A stretch of 64,000 nt of DNA, taken from contig JADFOI010000002.1 of the NCBI GenBank assembly GCA_022562935.1, positions 10,527 to 74,526 on the forward strand. The letters run 5' to 3'. Position numbers and translations under genes: made by a program. The stretch comes from Acidobacteriota bacterium. Its GTDB lineage: Bacteria; Acidobacteriota; UBA6911; RPQK01; JADFOI01. Under the pieces are notes generated by a model, which ran no database searches, was not told where the DNA came from, and worked only from the letters and a program-made list of their open reading frames with translations. Of this stretch, positions 1-8,959 are shown in pieces (position 1 is the stretch's first letter; the number at the start of each line of letters is the position of its first letter).

Positions 1-1047
1 ATCCTCCTCCAGCTTTCCCTCCTTATATTTCCAGTGTGCCGCGATCCCCTTTTCCGCGACCTGGTTCATCTCGTGAGTGCGGATTTGCAGTTCGAAGGGG
101 TGTCCATCGTGCCCAATGACGGTGGTGTGAAGAGATTGGTACCGGTTGGAAAGAGGACTGGCGATGAAGTCCTTAATTCTACGCGGAATCGGTTTCCACA
201 TGTTATTCACGATACCCAACACGGTATAGCAATCACGAACCGAGTTCACCAGAACCCGAATGGCATTGAAGTCATAGACCTGGTCAATGCTGATTTCCTG
301 ACGTTTCATCTTTTTGTAGGTGCTGTAGATCCCTTTGATACGACTCTTCATTTCGGCTTCAATGTTCTGCTCTCGGAAGCGCTCCTGCATGGCCTTCATC
401 ACCTCTTGGCTGAACTCATGGCTATTCGCCCTCCTTTTTTCCACCTGAGCGGAAATGTTCTGAAAGGCGCCCGGGTTCAGGTACTGAAAGGCCAAATCCT
501 CCAATTCACCCCGAAGTTTGGCCATTCCCAGGCGGTGGGCGATGGGCACGTAGATGTCCAGCGTCTCCTGGGCAATCATTTTTCTCTTTTCCGCAGGAAG
601 GTATTGTAAGGTGTTCAGGTTATGAAGGCGATCGGCTAACTTCACCAAAATCACCCGGATATCATCCACCATAGCCAGGAGCAGTTTACGGAAATTCTCA
701 GCTTGTTTTTCCTGACGTGAAGCGAATTGGATCTGGCTGATTTTGGTAACACCATCCACCAGATGGGCGATGTCTTCTCCGAAGTATTCTCTTATGGTAT
801 CGAGACTGGTCAGGGTATCCTCGACCACATCGTGAAGGAGACCCACGCTCACACACGCCACATCGAGCTTCATCTCAGCCAGAATATGAGCCACCTTTAA
901 AGGGTGGGAGAGATAGGGTTCCCCGGAGAGCCGAATTTGCCCCTTGTGCTCACGGGCAGAAAAGACATAGGCCTTCCTGAGGAGTTCCAGATCTGCCTCA
1001 GGATGATATCTTTGAACCTTTTCCTCCAGGTCCTCGAAACGAATCAT
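1..1047 (-). CDS. rel: RelA/SpoT-family (p)ppGpp synthetase/hydrolase, N-terminal 349 codons; gene continues past the left window edge
   Basis: Absent from the ORF track because it is open at the edge. My minus-strand translation from the ATG at 1047..1045 reads MIRFEDLEEKVQRYHPEADLELLRKAYVFSAREHKGQIRLSGEPYLSHPLKVAHILAEMKLDVACVSVGLLHDVVEDT (HD hydrolase motif). At the window edge it reads ...VAEKGIAAHWKYKEGKLEED (synthetase region). The + ORF 34..609 is its antisense shadow. Confidence 0.9.
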   Translation of the reverse strand, partial: MIRFEDLEEKVQRYHPEADLELLRKAYVFSAREHKGQIRLSGEPYLSHPLKVAHILAEMKLDVACVSVGLLHDVVEDTLTSLDTIREYFGEDIAHLVDGVTKISQIQFASRQEKQAENFRKLLLAMVDDIRVILVKLADRLHNLNTLQYLPAEKRKMIAQETLDIYVPIAHRLGMAKLRGELEDLAFQYLNPGAFQNISAQVEKRRANSHEFSQEVMKAMQERFREQNIEAEMKSRIKGIYSTYKKMKRQEISIDQVYDFNAIRVLVNSVRDCYTVLGIVNNMWKPIPRRIKDFIASPLSNRYQSLHTTVIGHDGHPFELQIRTHEMNQVAEKGIAAHWKYKEGKLEED

Positions 1048-1080
1048 AACGGCCTTGACCTATTTTACCACCTCAATAGC

Positions 1081-1118
1081 CCGGGTTCTGCATAGGTTCT
1101 CGTCACGGAGTGACGAAA
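1081..1118. repeat. Fragment of the inverted-repeat-bounded intergenic repeat family (left-end type)
   Basis: CCGGGTTCTGCATAGGTTCTCGTCACGGAGTGACGAAAG resembles the left end of the 39424 copy (GCCGGGATTATTCATAGGTACTCGTCACGAGTGG). It contains the mini-palindrome TCGTCAC-GGA-GTGACGA. It lies 34 nt upstream of the rel start. Confidence 0.5.
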
Positions 1119-1149
1119 GCACCGATCTGACAAGGCGCGGCTTGGACAG

Positions 1150-1178
1150 AAAAAAAGGAGAGGGGTCGGTCCCTCTCC
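1150..1178 (-). terminator. Intrinsic (rho-independent) terminator of the tonB-exb-TPR operon
   Basis: On the minus strand, 30 nt after the TPR gene stop, there is a GGAGAGGG / CCCTCTCC stem (1157..1178) with a 6-nt loop. A run of 7 T follows (complement of the A-run 1150..1156). Confidence 0.85.
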
Positions 1179-1208
1179 TCAAAATCTCCAGTGATGCTGA
1201 TGGGTGAA

Positions 1209-2057
1209 CTACTCTTCTTCCCCTGCCAACAGCCGCCGACGAGCTTCTGCTTCCGCGTCCTGCTGTTCACGCTTGAGCTCCAGCGACCGTAAAGCGAGCT
1301 GATCAGCTTCTCGCTCCCAGGTCCTCTTTTCTTCTTCCTCCATTGTGAGCTTGGCCTTTTCGCGGTAAAGCAGGTTCAGGTACTGCATGGCATCAACATA
1401 CTCTGGATCGATCTCTAAAGCCTCCTTTAAAGAGGCTATGCCCTCATCCACAAACTGATTGATTTCCGCCCTTCTCTCCTCACTGAGAAACTCGACGCTC
1501 TCACCGGTCATTCCCGTCTCATCGTAGGCCAGTTGCCAATCGATCGTGGCAATCCCATACATCGGCACTGGATTGTCCGGTTCCAATACCAGACGCTTGC
1601 GGTACCACTCCTTGGCCATGTCGTAATCGCCCATTCCACTATAAAGACCGGCCAGGTTGGCCATGGCCGTAGTCTGATCCACTGGATCGGTAGCTTTCTC
1701 GATCACCTTTTCAAAAGTCGTGATCGCATTTCGAGCCCGATCCATATTCTCGGGACTGGTCCCCTGGGGAATGTACTGGGCACGATAGGCTATGGCCAAA
1801 TAGAGATAGCTTCGGACTAGATCAGGATCCTTTTCAATGGATTCCTGGAAGTGCTCAATCGCCTCATCGTATTTCTTACTGGTGTAAGCAGTCACTCCCT
1901 GGTTGAGCTCATTACGGGCACTCAAATCGTCGATCCAGCCACAACTCGAGGCCGTCAGAACCAACACCAGCATTGCCGCAAAGAGAGAATTCCTACTCGG
2001 AACACTTGTTCCCATTCTTGCCTCCAACCCTTGATCTTCCGGTCGTCTATTATCCAC
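1209..2057 (-). CDS. TPR-repeat protein, probable lipoprotein (last gene of the tonB-exb operon)
   Basis: 282 aa. It has a hydrophobic signal ending ...LVLTASSC. TPR-like repeats are present (AIEHFQESIEKDPDLVRSYLYLAIAY; YDMAKEWYRKRLVLEPDNP; LKEALEIDPEYVDAMQYL), followed by a charged coiled C-terminus. An alternative start is M15 at 2015. Confidence 0.7.
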   Translation of the reverse strand: MDNRRPEDQGLEARMGTSVPSRNSLFAAMLVLVLTASSCGWIDDLSARNELNQGVTAYTSKKYDEAIEHFQESIEKDPDLVRSYLYLAIAYRAQYIPQGTSPENMDRARNAITTFEKVIEKATDPVDQTTAMANLAGLYSGMGDYDMAKEWYRKRLVLEPDNPVPMYGIATIDWQLAYDETGMTGESVEFLSEERRAEINQFVDEGIASLKEALEIDPEYVDAMQYLNLLYREKAKLTMEEEEKRTWEREADQLALRSLELKREQQDAEAEARRRLLAGEEE

Positions 2058-2478
2058 CCGGCCTGTCCTCCGGTGTCAAGAGCCCGATATCCCCCACCCC
2101 GGCTCCCTTGGCGATGTCGATCACCTTGACGACATCATCAAAAGCAAGATCCACATCGCCCAGGATGAACATATTCTTGTTGGCTCGGGCGCTGTAGATA
2201 TCAAAGAGTCTGATCCCCAATTGGTCAAAGGTGACGGCTTCCTGATTAATACGATAGGCGCCCTGGCGGTCAATGGAAACCACGATGGCATCGGACTTAA
2301 TGATCAAATCTTGGGGAAGCTCATCGGGAAGTTTCTGGGGAACGCGAGCCTGCAGATCATACTGAATCATGGGCTGAATGACCATGAAGATGATGAGCAG
2401 CACCAGGAGAATGTCGATAAATGGAGTGATGTTGATCTCGGAGTTGGGCCCCTTGCCGGAACCTCCGGTCATTCCCAT
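2050..2478 (-). CDS. exbD: ExbD/TolR-family biopolymer transport protein
   Basis: 142 aa with a single N-terminal TM carrying the family motif INITPFIDILLVLLIIFMV. Size and operon context match ExbD/TolR. Confidence 0.85.
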   Translation of the reverse strand: MGMTGGSGKGPNSEINITPFIDILLVLLIIFMVIQPMIQYDLQARVPQKLPDELPQDLIIKSDAIVVSIDRQGAYRINQEAVTFDQLGIRLFDIYSARANKNMFILGDVDLAFDDVVKVIDIAKGAGVGDIGLLTPEDRPGG

Positions 2479-2481
2479 AAT

Positions 2482-2910
2482 TTACCTCCCCCGATCCTCT
2501 TGCCGATCAACCATCAAACCGATTTGTTCCACCCCCGCTTCACGGGCCTTGGACACAAGATCCACAACGATTCCATAGAGTACAGCCACGTCGGCCTTGA
2601 TAAAGAGCGGTAATTCGGGTTTGAGAGCAACTCGCTCGACAATCCTTTCCACAATCTGGTTGGGACCGACGGGCTGACGATTGATGTAGATGTCCCCAAT
2701 GCGTGTAATGGTGATCATGGTTGCATCCTCGTCATCGACCAGGGGTTCCTCCTGGGCATTTCTGGCCCTGGGCTTGTTGACAAAGATTCCTTGTTGCAAC
2801 AGCGGAACGGTGATCATGAAAATGATCAGCAGCACCAACATCACGTCGCACATGGGAGTGACGTTGATATCTGCGGTGACTCCTGACCCGCCTCTGCGCC
2901 TAGTCTCCAT
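2482..2910 (-). CDS. exbD: ExbD/TolR-family biopolymer transport protein (second paralogue)
   Basis: 142 aa with the motif INVTPMCDVMLVLLIIFMI. It sits 3 nt upstream of the other exbD. Confidence 0.85.
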   Translation of the reverse strand: METRRRGGSGVTADINVTPMCDVMLVLLIIFMITVPLLQQGIFVNKPRARNAQEEPLVDDEDATMITITRIGDIYINRQPVGPNQIVERIVERVALKPELPLFIKADVAVLYGIVVDLVSKAREAGVEQIGLMVDRQEDRGR

Positions 2911-3577
2911 GCTTTTCGGCTCTCCGCTTCAGGAAATAATCGATCAACTCGGAAGAAGAGTTGTCCATCTCCACTATAAAAGATTCCATTTTCGAAGTGA
3001 AGTAGTTGTACATCCACACTGCCGGAATGGCCACAAATAGTCCGAACGCGGTAGCGACCAGTGCCTCAGCAATTCCTGGTGCCACAGCGGCCAGTCCAAC
3101 ACTTTCCCCTGCGGCCATGCCCAGAAAGGCGTTAATGATACCGACCGTCGTACCTAGCAGTCCCACAAAGGGGGCGGTGGCACCGATGGTCGCCAACCCT
3201 CCCAGACCTCTCTTTAACTCCTCGATCCCAATGGCAGTCGCCCGCTGAAGCGCTCGTCGTGAGGCTTCAACAATCTCGCCAGGGATGGCACTGGAACCCT
3301 CGTGGGCTTGAAACTCCTGAAGACCGGCAACCACGACCTTGGCCAAGTGACTCTTTTCATGCTGCTCGGCCAGCTCAATGGCCTCACGGATGTTTCCCGT
3401 TTTCAAAGCTTCCGAAACAGCAGGAGCAAACTCCCGCGACTGCTTGCGTGCCGCATAAAACTTGAGATACCGCTCAATCATCACTGAAATGGACCAGACC
3501 GACATGATCCCCAGGACAAAAACTATAGCTTTCGCCAGGAATCCCATCTGGTCCCACATTTCCATGAACCCACTCAT
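2900..3577 (-). CDS. exbB: MotA/TolQ/ExbB proton-channel protein
   Basis: 225 aa, multi-TM, with the family signature ...ATAPFVGLLGTTVGIINAF... It overlaps the downstream exbD by 11 nt. Confidence 0.85.
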   Translation of the reverse strand: MSGFMEMWDQMGFLAKAIVFVLGIMSVWSISVMIERYLKFYAARKQSREFAPAVSEALKTGNIREAIELAEQHEKSHLAKVVVAGLQEFQAHEGSSAIPGEIVEASRRALQRATAIGIEELKRGLGGLATIGATAPFVGLLGTTVGIINAFLGMAAGESVGLAAVAPGIAEALVATAFGLFVAIPAVWMYNYFTSKMESFIVEMDNSSSELIDYFLKRRAEKHGD

Positions 3578-3639
3578 ATGTAATACCTCCCTGAAAAAGT
3601 TAAGATCATCTTACGAATCCACAAGACAATGTCAAACAC

Positions 3640-4380
3640 CTATCTGAGAATAAAATTTACGGTCACCGTCGCAATGACCGGCACCGGTTCGCCATTGAGC
3701 AATGTGGGCGAATATTTCCACTGCTGCACGGCTGTTACGGCTGCGTCATTCAATAGCGGATGACCTCGGATGATTTTGATACCGGTGACGTCCCCCGTAT
3801 CACCGACCGTGACCTGCAGCAGCACGATACCCTGAATCCGAGCCCGTTTGGCCAGTTCTGGATATTTCGGTTCCACCCGAACAATGAGCTTAGAGGATTG
3901 AACATTTCCACCCACCCGAATCGGATCCTTCTTCTTAGGAGGAGGTGGGGGAGGCGGCATCGCATTCGGAATGGCACCGATCACTCCACCCACGATACCT
4001 CCGGGAACTCCACCCATCAGGCCTCCCGGATTGAGGTCCAAGATAGAGGTGATTTCCGGAATATCCTCCATGGGAGGAGGAATTTCGGTGGGAATTTCAA
4101 TGGGTGCCACGAACTGTGTCGGATCCAATTTGACCACCTGTACCTGCTGAACGGGTGGAGGTGGTGTGGTCGGTGGCGGTGGCGGCGGCGGCGGTGGCGG
4201 TGGCGGTGGCGGTGCAGCCAGAAACGTCAACAGTTCCTGCTGAGGTAAAACGTCGTAATAGATCAGCGGAATCAACACCATCGTCCCAATGAGGACGAAG
4301 TGGACAGCAAAAGAAACCATCAGGGCCCTTTTACTGCCACCCATTCGATCAGGCGAAGATTCGATCAGGTTCTCAAACAT
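3640..4380 (-). CDS. tonB: TonB-family energy transducer
   Basis: 246 aa with an N-terminal TM and a Pro-rich spacer (14 consecutive Pro codons at 4171..4212, then TTPPPP, and later PPPPPPPKKK). The C-terminal TonB_C-like domain reads VEPKYPELAKRARIQGIVLLQVTV...LNGEPVPVIATVTVNF. Confidence 0.85.
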   Translation of the reverse strand: MFENLIESSPDRMGGSKRALMVSFAVHFVLIGTMVLIPLIYYDVLPQQELLTFLAAPPPPPPPPPPPPPPTTPPPPVQQVQVVKLDPTQFVAPIEIPTEIPPPMEDIPEITSILDLNPGGLMGGVPGGIVGGVIGAIPNAMPPPPPPPKKKDPIRVGGNVQSSKLIVRVEPKYPELAKRARIQGIVLLQVTVGDTGDVTGIKIIRGHPLLNDAAVTAVQQWKYSPTLLNGEPVPVIATVTVNFILR

Positions 4381-4547
4381 CTACTCCCCCCTTCCAAGTC
4401 CTGACTCTGAAGCCCCCTACAAGGAATACTCACTTTGAATCGGGCAATATTACTACTGGCTTCAAGTCGAGTCAAGATCCTTCCTGTCATTCCCATAACA
4501 TACTCATTCACACCAAGTTAAGTTATGTCGTTTTCAAACAAATCGGT

Positions 4548-5729
4548 TTAGGAACGTGCCTTTTTCCGGTCCAAATAGTTCTGCCACCAAAGAACAATGG
4601 GACTCGCAATCGCAACCGATGAATAGGTGCCCACAATTATACCGACCACCAGTGCAAATGAGAATCCCTGCAAGACCTGGCCGCCAAACAAATAGAGAGA
4701 AAAGACGGCCAGGAAAGTCATCCCGGAAGTCATAATGGTGCGATTCAATGTTTGGTTAATGCTGGTATTGATGATGGTGCCAAGATCATCTCTTCGCATG
4801 AGTCGCAAGTTCTCCCGCACCCGGTCAAACACAACGATCGTATCGTTAATGGAGTATCCCACCAGAGTCAACAGGGCCGCCACCACCGTAAGGGAGATTT
4901 CCCGCCCGGTTAAGGAGAAGATTCCCACCGTGATGAACACGTCGTGAAAGAGGGCTACCAACGCGGCAAACCCGTAAATGGGCCAAAACCGAACGGCGAT
5001 GTAAATTAACATCCCCACCAGGGAAAAGCCGACGGCATTGCGGGCTCGCGTCCGCATCTCCTGGCCCACCTTGGGTCCGACGCTTTCCACACTGATGACG
5101 GTAAAACTACCCAGGTATGATTCCTCACGCAGGGTCTCCACAACAGCCGTCGGAATCCCCAATGGATCCAGCTCGGAAAAATCCTGGATCATCCCGCTCT
5201 GCTCGGTTCGATAATCGATGATCTTGTCGGCCAGCTCGCGGTAGTACTCAGTCGACTCCGAGATGGGCTGTTCCTGGCTGGAATTCTCGGGATTCAGTTC
5301 CTGTAAACGGGCCGACAGTGCGCTCCTGGAGACATTATTGAGATCGAGCTTTCCCGTCTCCGACTGGCCTTGATCATATTCTTGACGAAGGGCTTCAAAA
5401 ATCTGGTTGCTCCCAAGAGTGACGTCCTGGGTCTCCTCACCTTCAACACTGGCCATGCGGATTTGAACCTCGTTTAGAGAGAGTTCGTCAAAGCGTACGA
5501 CTTCCTCTGCTTTCAGAGCTGCTTCACTCAGGGTTTCACGAATCCGCTCCAGTTGAGGCTCCTCTTTGAACTTCACGTGAACCAGCGTTCCCCCGGTGAA
5601 ATCTACACCCAGATGCAGCCCTATCAGCGCCACGGACACTCCTGCAATAACCATGAGAATCAGCGATATGCTGACGAAAATCCACTTCAAGCCCAGCCAA
5701 TCGATATTAGGATTTTTGACAATATCCAT
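4548..5729 (-). CDS. secF: Protein translocase subunit SecF
   Basis: 393 aa with GVDFTGGT near the N-terminus and a 6-TM C-terminal half (FHDVFITVGIFSLTG...). It is adjacent to secD. It is about 80 aa longer than typical SecF because of an acidic/Ser-rich periplasmic insertion. Confidence 0.9.
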   Translation of the reverse strand: MDIVKNPNIDWLGLKWIFVSISLILMVIAGVSVALIGLHLGVDFTGGTLVHVKFKEEPQLERIRETLSEAALKAEEVVRFDELSLNEVQIRMASVEGEETQDVTLGSNQIFEALRQEYDQGQSETGKLDLNNVSRSALSARLQELNPENSSQEQPISESTEYYRELADKIIDYRTEQSGMIQDFSELDPLGIPTAVVETLREESYLGSFTVISVESVGPKVGQEMRTRARNAVGFSLVGMLIYIAVRFWPIYGFAALVALFHDVFITVGIFSLTGREISLTVVAALLTLVGYSINDTIVVFDRVRENLRLMRRDDLGTIINTSINQTLNRTIMTSGMTFLAVFSLYLFGGQVLQGFSFALVVGIIVGTYSSVAIASPIVLWWQNYLDRKKARS

Positions 5730-5795
5730 AATCGTTCCGGAACCACTCTCTTAATGCCTTAGTCACCAAAGTTGTCCTGTTGTGCCTTGCTTTTT

Positions 5796-5867
5796 AGTGT
5801 CTCGCTCCTGGATCTCCCCTGGCAAGCCCCATCAGCAAACATCATCGTATTTATGGAACGAGACACT
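5796..5867 (-). repeat. Stop-codon-adjacent hairpin repeat, copy 1 (secD-secF spacer)
   Basis: A 13-bp stem forms between AGTGTCTCGCTCC (5796..5808) and GGAACGAGACACT (5855..5867). The conserved loop core is GCAAGCCCCATCAGCAAACATCATCGTATTTATGGA. On the mRNA strand the stem starts at the last base of the secD TAA stop. Confidence 0.75.
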
Positions 5868-7453
5868 TATATGGACAACCTCTTCAACTCACGCCGTTGC
5901 AAAATCAACTGAAAGAGCGTCCTTGAAACAAAGACGGCAGTAAAAATATTAGCCATTAAACCGACCCCCAAAGTCACTGCAAAGCCGCGTACCGGGCCCG
6001 TTCCGAACTGGAAAAGGAAAAGCGCGGCAACCAGAGTCGTCGTGTTGGTATCAATAATGGTAGAAAAAACTCGGTCAAAGCCGGCGGCGACGGCACTGCG
6101 AACCGTCTTTCCCCGACGGATCTCTTCCTTGATTCTTTCGAAGATCAGGATATTGGCATCCACGGCCATGCCAATCGTCAAAATGACTCCGGCGATTCCC
6201 GGTAGGGTCAAGGTAGCATGAAAATAGGCCAAAACACCCAGAAGGATGAGCAGGTTAAAAACCAGACAGACAATCGCATTAATCCCCGAGAGTTTGTACA
6301 CGACCAGCATACCTGCCACCACCAGAACCAAACCCACCACAGAGGCCTGGATTCCCCTTCGGATGGAATCCAGTCCCAGGGAAGGCCCAATGATTCGATT
6401 CTCAAGAATCCGGATAGCAGCCGGCAGGGCTCCCGAGCGCAAAACCAGGGCCAGATCCTCAGCCTGTTCCGGGGTAAAGCTTCCCGTGATTCGAGCCGAC
6501 TCGCTGGCGATCCTCTCGTTGATGTTGGGCGCCGAACGAATCTCATTATCCAGCACAACGGCCAGCCGAGTTCCCACGTTCTGCTCGGTAGCCCGGCTAA
6601 ACAGCGTCACCCCTTCGGCCTTCAGGAAAAACTCGATTTCCGCACGCCCCGTGAAACTGTCCTGCGAGCGACGGGCATCCTTGAGATGCTCGCCACCGAT
6701 AGACTGGACCTTGCGGACCACCATATACATGGTCTGCTCCCCGGTTTCCGTCGGATTGCGATAGGGCAGGATTTCGTAGTCTGCAGGAAGGTTGTTGCTA
6801 TGGGCCTGCAGAGCCCCCTCCCGAGTGGCATAGGGACCTCCCTGGCTGGGGTGGACGAGCTTGAGTTCAAGTCTTGCCGTCGTCTTGATCAGGTTAATGA
6901 TGCGATCAAAATCCTCCACGCCCGGCAGTTCCACGATGATCTGGTCTTTTAACTGGCCGCTTCCATACACCGTGATCGTCGGCTCAGCCACACCGTACTG
7001 ATCCACTCGCCGCTGAAGGGTTTCCCTGGCCTGCTGAACCGTTTCATCGGCCGTCCTCAGCTTGGCGGCCTCAGTCATGGACAAAACGGCATCGACCTCT
7101 CCTTCTCGAAACTGAATCTGATAGGTCCAATCCGCGGAATGCAGGCGCAGGTTCTCTTCCAATTGCGCCTGTTGAGCCTGAAGGACTCCCAAAACTTCAA
7201 TCTCGAGATCCTCGGATACCCGGGTGCGGGTAAAGACGACGTCGTTCTCTCTGAGGTCCGCTTCGATCAGCTCTCGGAGCTGGTCGACCTTTGCCTCCAG
7301 GGCGTCACGGGTCACCACCTGCAATACCAGGTGAATGCCACCCTTGAGATCCAGACCCAACTTAATTTTCTGGGAGGGTGGGTAAAAGAGAAAAACGCTG
7401 CCCAGCAGAACCACCAAGATGAGAATGAGCCGATACTGTAAATTTCGCTTCAT
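5867..7453 (-). CDS. secD: Protein translocase subunit SecD
   Basis: 528 aa with LGLDLKGGIHLVLQV near the N-terminus, a large periplasmic domain and a C-terminal 6-TM SecD/F domain. Confidence 0.9.
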   Translation of the reverse strand: MKRNLQYRLILILVVLLGSVFLFYPPSQKIKLGLDLKGGIHLVLQVVTRDALEAKVDQLRELIEADLRENDVVFTRTRVSEDLEIEVLGVLQAQQAQLEENLRLHSADWTYQIQFREGEVDAVLSMTEAAKLRTADETVQQARETLQRRVDQYGVAEPTITVYGSGQLKDQIIVELPGVEDFDRIINLIKTTARLELKLVHPSQGGPYATREGALQAHSNNLPADYEILPYRNPTETGEQTMYMVVRKVQSIGGEHLKDARRSQDSFTGRAEIEFFLKAEGVTLFSRATEQNVGTRLAVVLDNEIRSAPNINERIASESARITGSFTPEQAEDLALVLRSGALPAAIRILENRIIGPSLGLDSIRRGIQASVVGLVLVVAGMLVVYKLSGINAIVCLVFNLLILLGVLAYFHATLTLPGIAGVILTIGMAVDANILIFERIKEEIRRGKTVRSAVAAGFDRVFSTIIDTNTTTLVAALFLFQFGTGPVRGFAVTLGVGLMANIFTAVFVSRTLFQLILQRRELKRLSI

Positions 7454-7459
7454 CGCGTA

Positions 7460-7831
7460 TTACTTGGTGGTTGAATCCTCAGAAGGGGTTTGTAACGAAG
7501 CAATGGCCTTTTTTGCCACCTCAATCTTCACCTGATCCGCCACCTTGAGAATGAATGTGTCTTCTCGGTTTCCTGCAATCGTTCCATAGACCCCACCGTT
7601 GGTAATCACCTTGTCCCCATTCTTCAAGCTGGCAATCAACGTATCCAGACTCTTCTGACGATTGCGCATGGGTCGAATAATCAAAAGATAGAATATGCCC
7701 GCAATGAGTACGAAGGGCAACAGTCCGACAATCCCGGGCTGCGCTGACGGGCTTTGCTGCGCCAATATCGATGGAATCATAATGAATAACAAATATCTTT
7801 TGGGTCTAGAAAGAAACGCCGAGTATAGCAC
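7460..7831 (-). CDS. yajC: Preprotein translocase subunit YajC
   Basis: Single TM followed by ...FYLLIIRPMRNRQK...GDKVITNGGVYGTI..., the typical YajC pattern. It follows the conserved tgt-yajC-secDF order. The more likely start is M18 at 7780 (106 aa). Confidence 0.85.
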   Translation of the reverse strand: MLYSAFLSRPKRYLLFIMIPSILAQQSPSAQPGIVGLLPFVLIAGIFYLLIIRPMRNRQKSLDTLIASLKNGDKVITNGGVYGTIAGNREDTFILKVADQVKIEVAKKAIASLQTPSEDSTTK

Positions 7832-7837
7832 AGATCC

Positions 7838-8953
7838 TCAAGCAGATTCGGCATACTGCTCTCGGAAATATCCCTCAAATTCCGTTAGCGAATTGAGCGC
7901 GATACTCTGTCGAATCTTGCCCATTAAGTCAAGATAAAAATGCAAATTGTGATAGGTATTCAAAATGCTTGCAACGATTTCACCTGAAACATAGAGATGC
8001 CTCAGGTAGCTTCGACTGTATCGCTTGCACACCAAGCACTCGCAGTGAGGATCCAGTGGTCCCTCGTCATGCCGATAACAAGCGTTCTTGATGCGAATCT
8101 TTCCAACCGAAGTAAAGAGTGTTCCATTGCGTGCATTTCGAGTCGGTAAAACGCAGTCAAACATATCCATTCCCTGTTTGACGCAGAACAACAGGTCCAA
8201 AGGAGTTCCCACCCCCATGACATAACGGGGTTTGTCCTGCGGCATCAGGTTCTCCAGACGTTCAATGAGCTCGTACATCAGCAACCTCGGTTCTCCCACA
8301 CTGAATCCACCCAGGGCGAGTCCCGGAAAATCAATCTCACAAAGGCGCTCCAAACTCTCCTGGCGCAGCTGAAAAAAAACACTTCCCTGAAGGATTCCGA
8401 ACAAAGCCTGCCCTGGGTTGTTATGGACATCCTTACAACGCTGTGCCCAACGCATGGAACGGAGCATCGATTCTCTCGCTTCCCGCTCACTCACCGGATA
8501 GGGCGTACACTCATCAAACATCATGATGATGTCTGAGCCCAAGGTCTGCTGAAACTGGATGGACTGTTCCGGAGAAAAGAAGTGAGAAGACCCATCCAGG
8601 TGGGATTGAAACTGGACTCCCTCTTCTGTGATTTTTCTGAGCTTCCGGTGACTAAAGACCTGATATCCTCCGCTGTCCGTTAGAATCGGGCGCTCCCAGG
8701 ACATGAAGCGGTGAAGCCCACCCTGACTTTCGATGACCTCCTCTCCGGGGCGAAGATAGAGATGGTAAGTGTTGGCCAAGATGATCTGAATATTCAGATC
8801 TTCCAAAAACTCCTGGGGCATGGCCTTCACCGTGCCCGCTGTTCCGACCGGCATAAAGACCGGAGTTTCGATCTCTCCTCGCCCGGTTTGCAGCACCCCC
8901 TGACGGGCATGGGTTTTCTTATCTCGAGCCAGAACTCGAAAGGAGAAGGACAT
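7838..8953 (-). CDS. tgt: tRNA-guanine transglycosylase (queuine tRNA-ribosyltransferase)
   Basis: 371 aa with ETPVFMPVGTAGTVKA, LTDSGGYQVFS, DCVLPTRNARNG and the zinc-site C-x-C-x2-C (CECLVCKRYSRSYLRHL). Confidence 0.92.
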   Translation of the reverse strand: MSFSFRVLARDKKTHARQGVLQTGRGEIETPVFMPVGTAGTVKAMPQEFLEDLNIQIILANTYHLYLRPGEEVIESQGGLHRFMSWERPILTDSGGYQVFSHRKLRKITEEGVQFQSHLDGSSHFFSPEQSIQFQQTLGSDIIMMFDECTPYPVSEREARESMLRSMRWAQRCKDVHNNPGQALFGILQGSVFFQLRQESLERLCEIDFPGLALGGFSVGEPRLLMYELIERLENLMPQDKPRYVMGVGTPLDLLFCVKQGMDMFDCVLPTRNARNGTLFTSVGKIRIKNACYRHDEGPLDPHCECLVCKRYSRSYLRHLYVSGEIVASILNTYHNLHFYLDLMGKIRQSIALNSLTEFEGYFREQYAESA

Positions 8954-8959
8954 AGGGAA

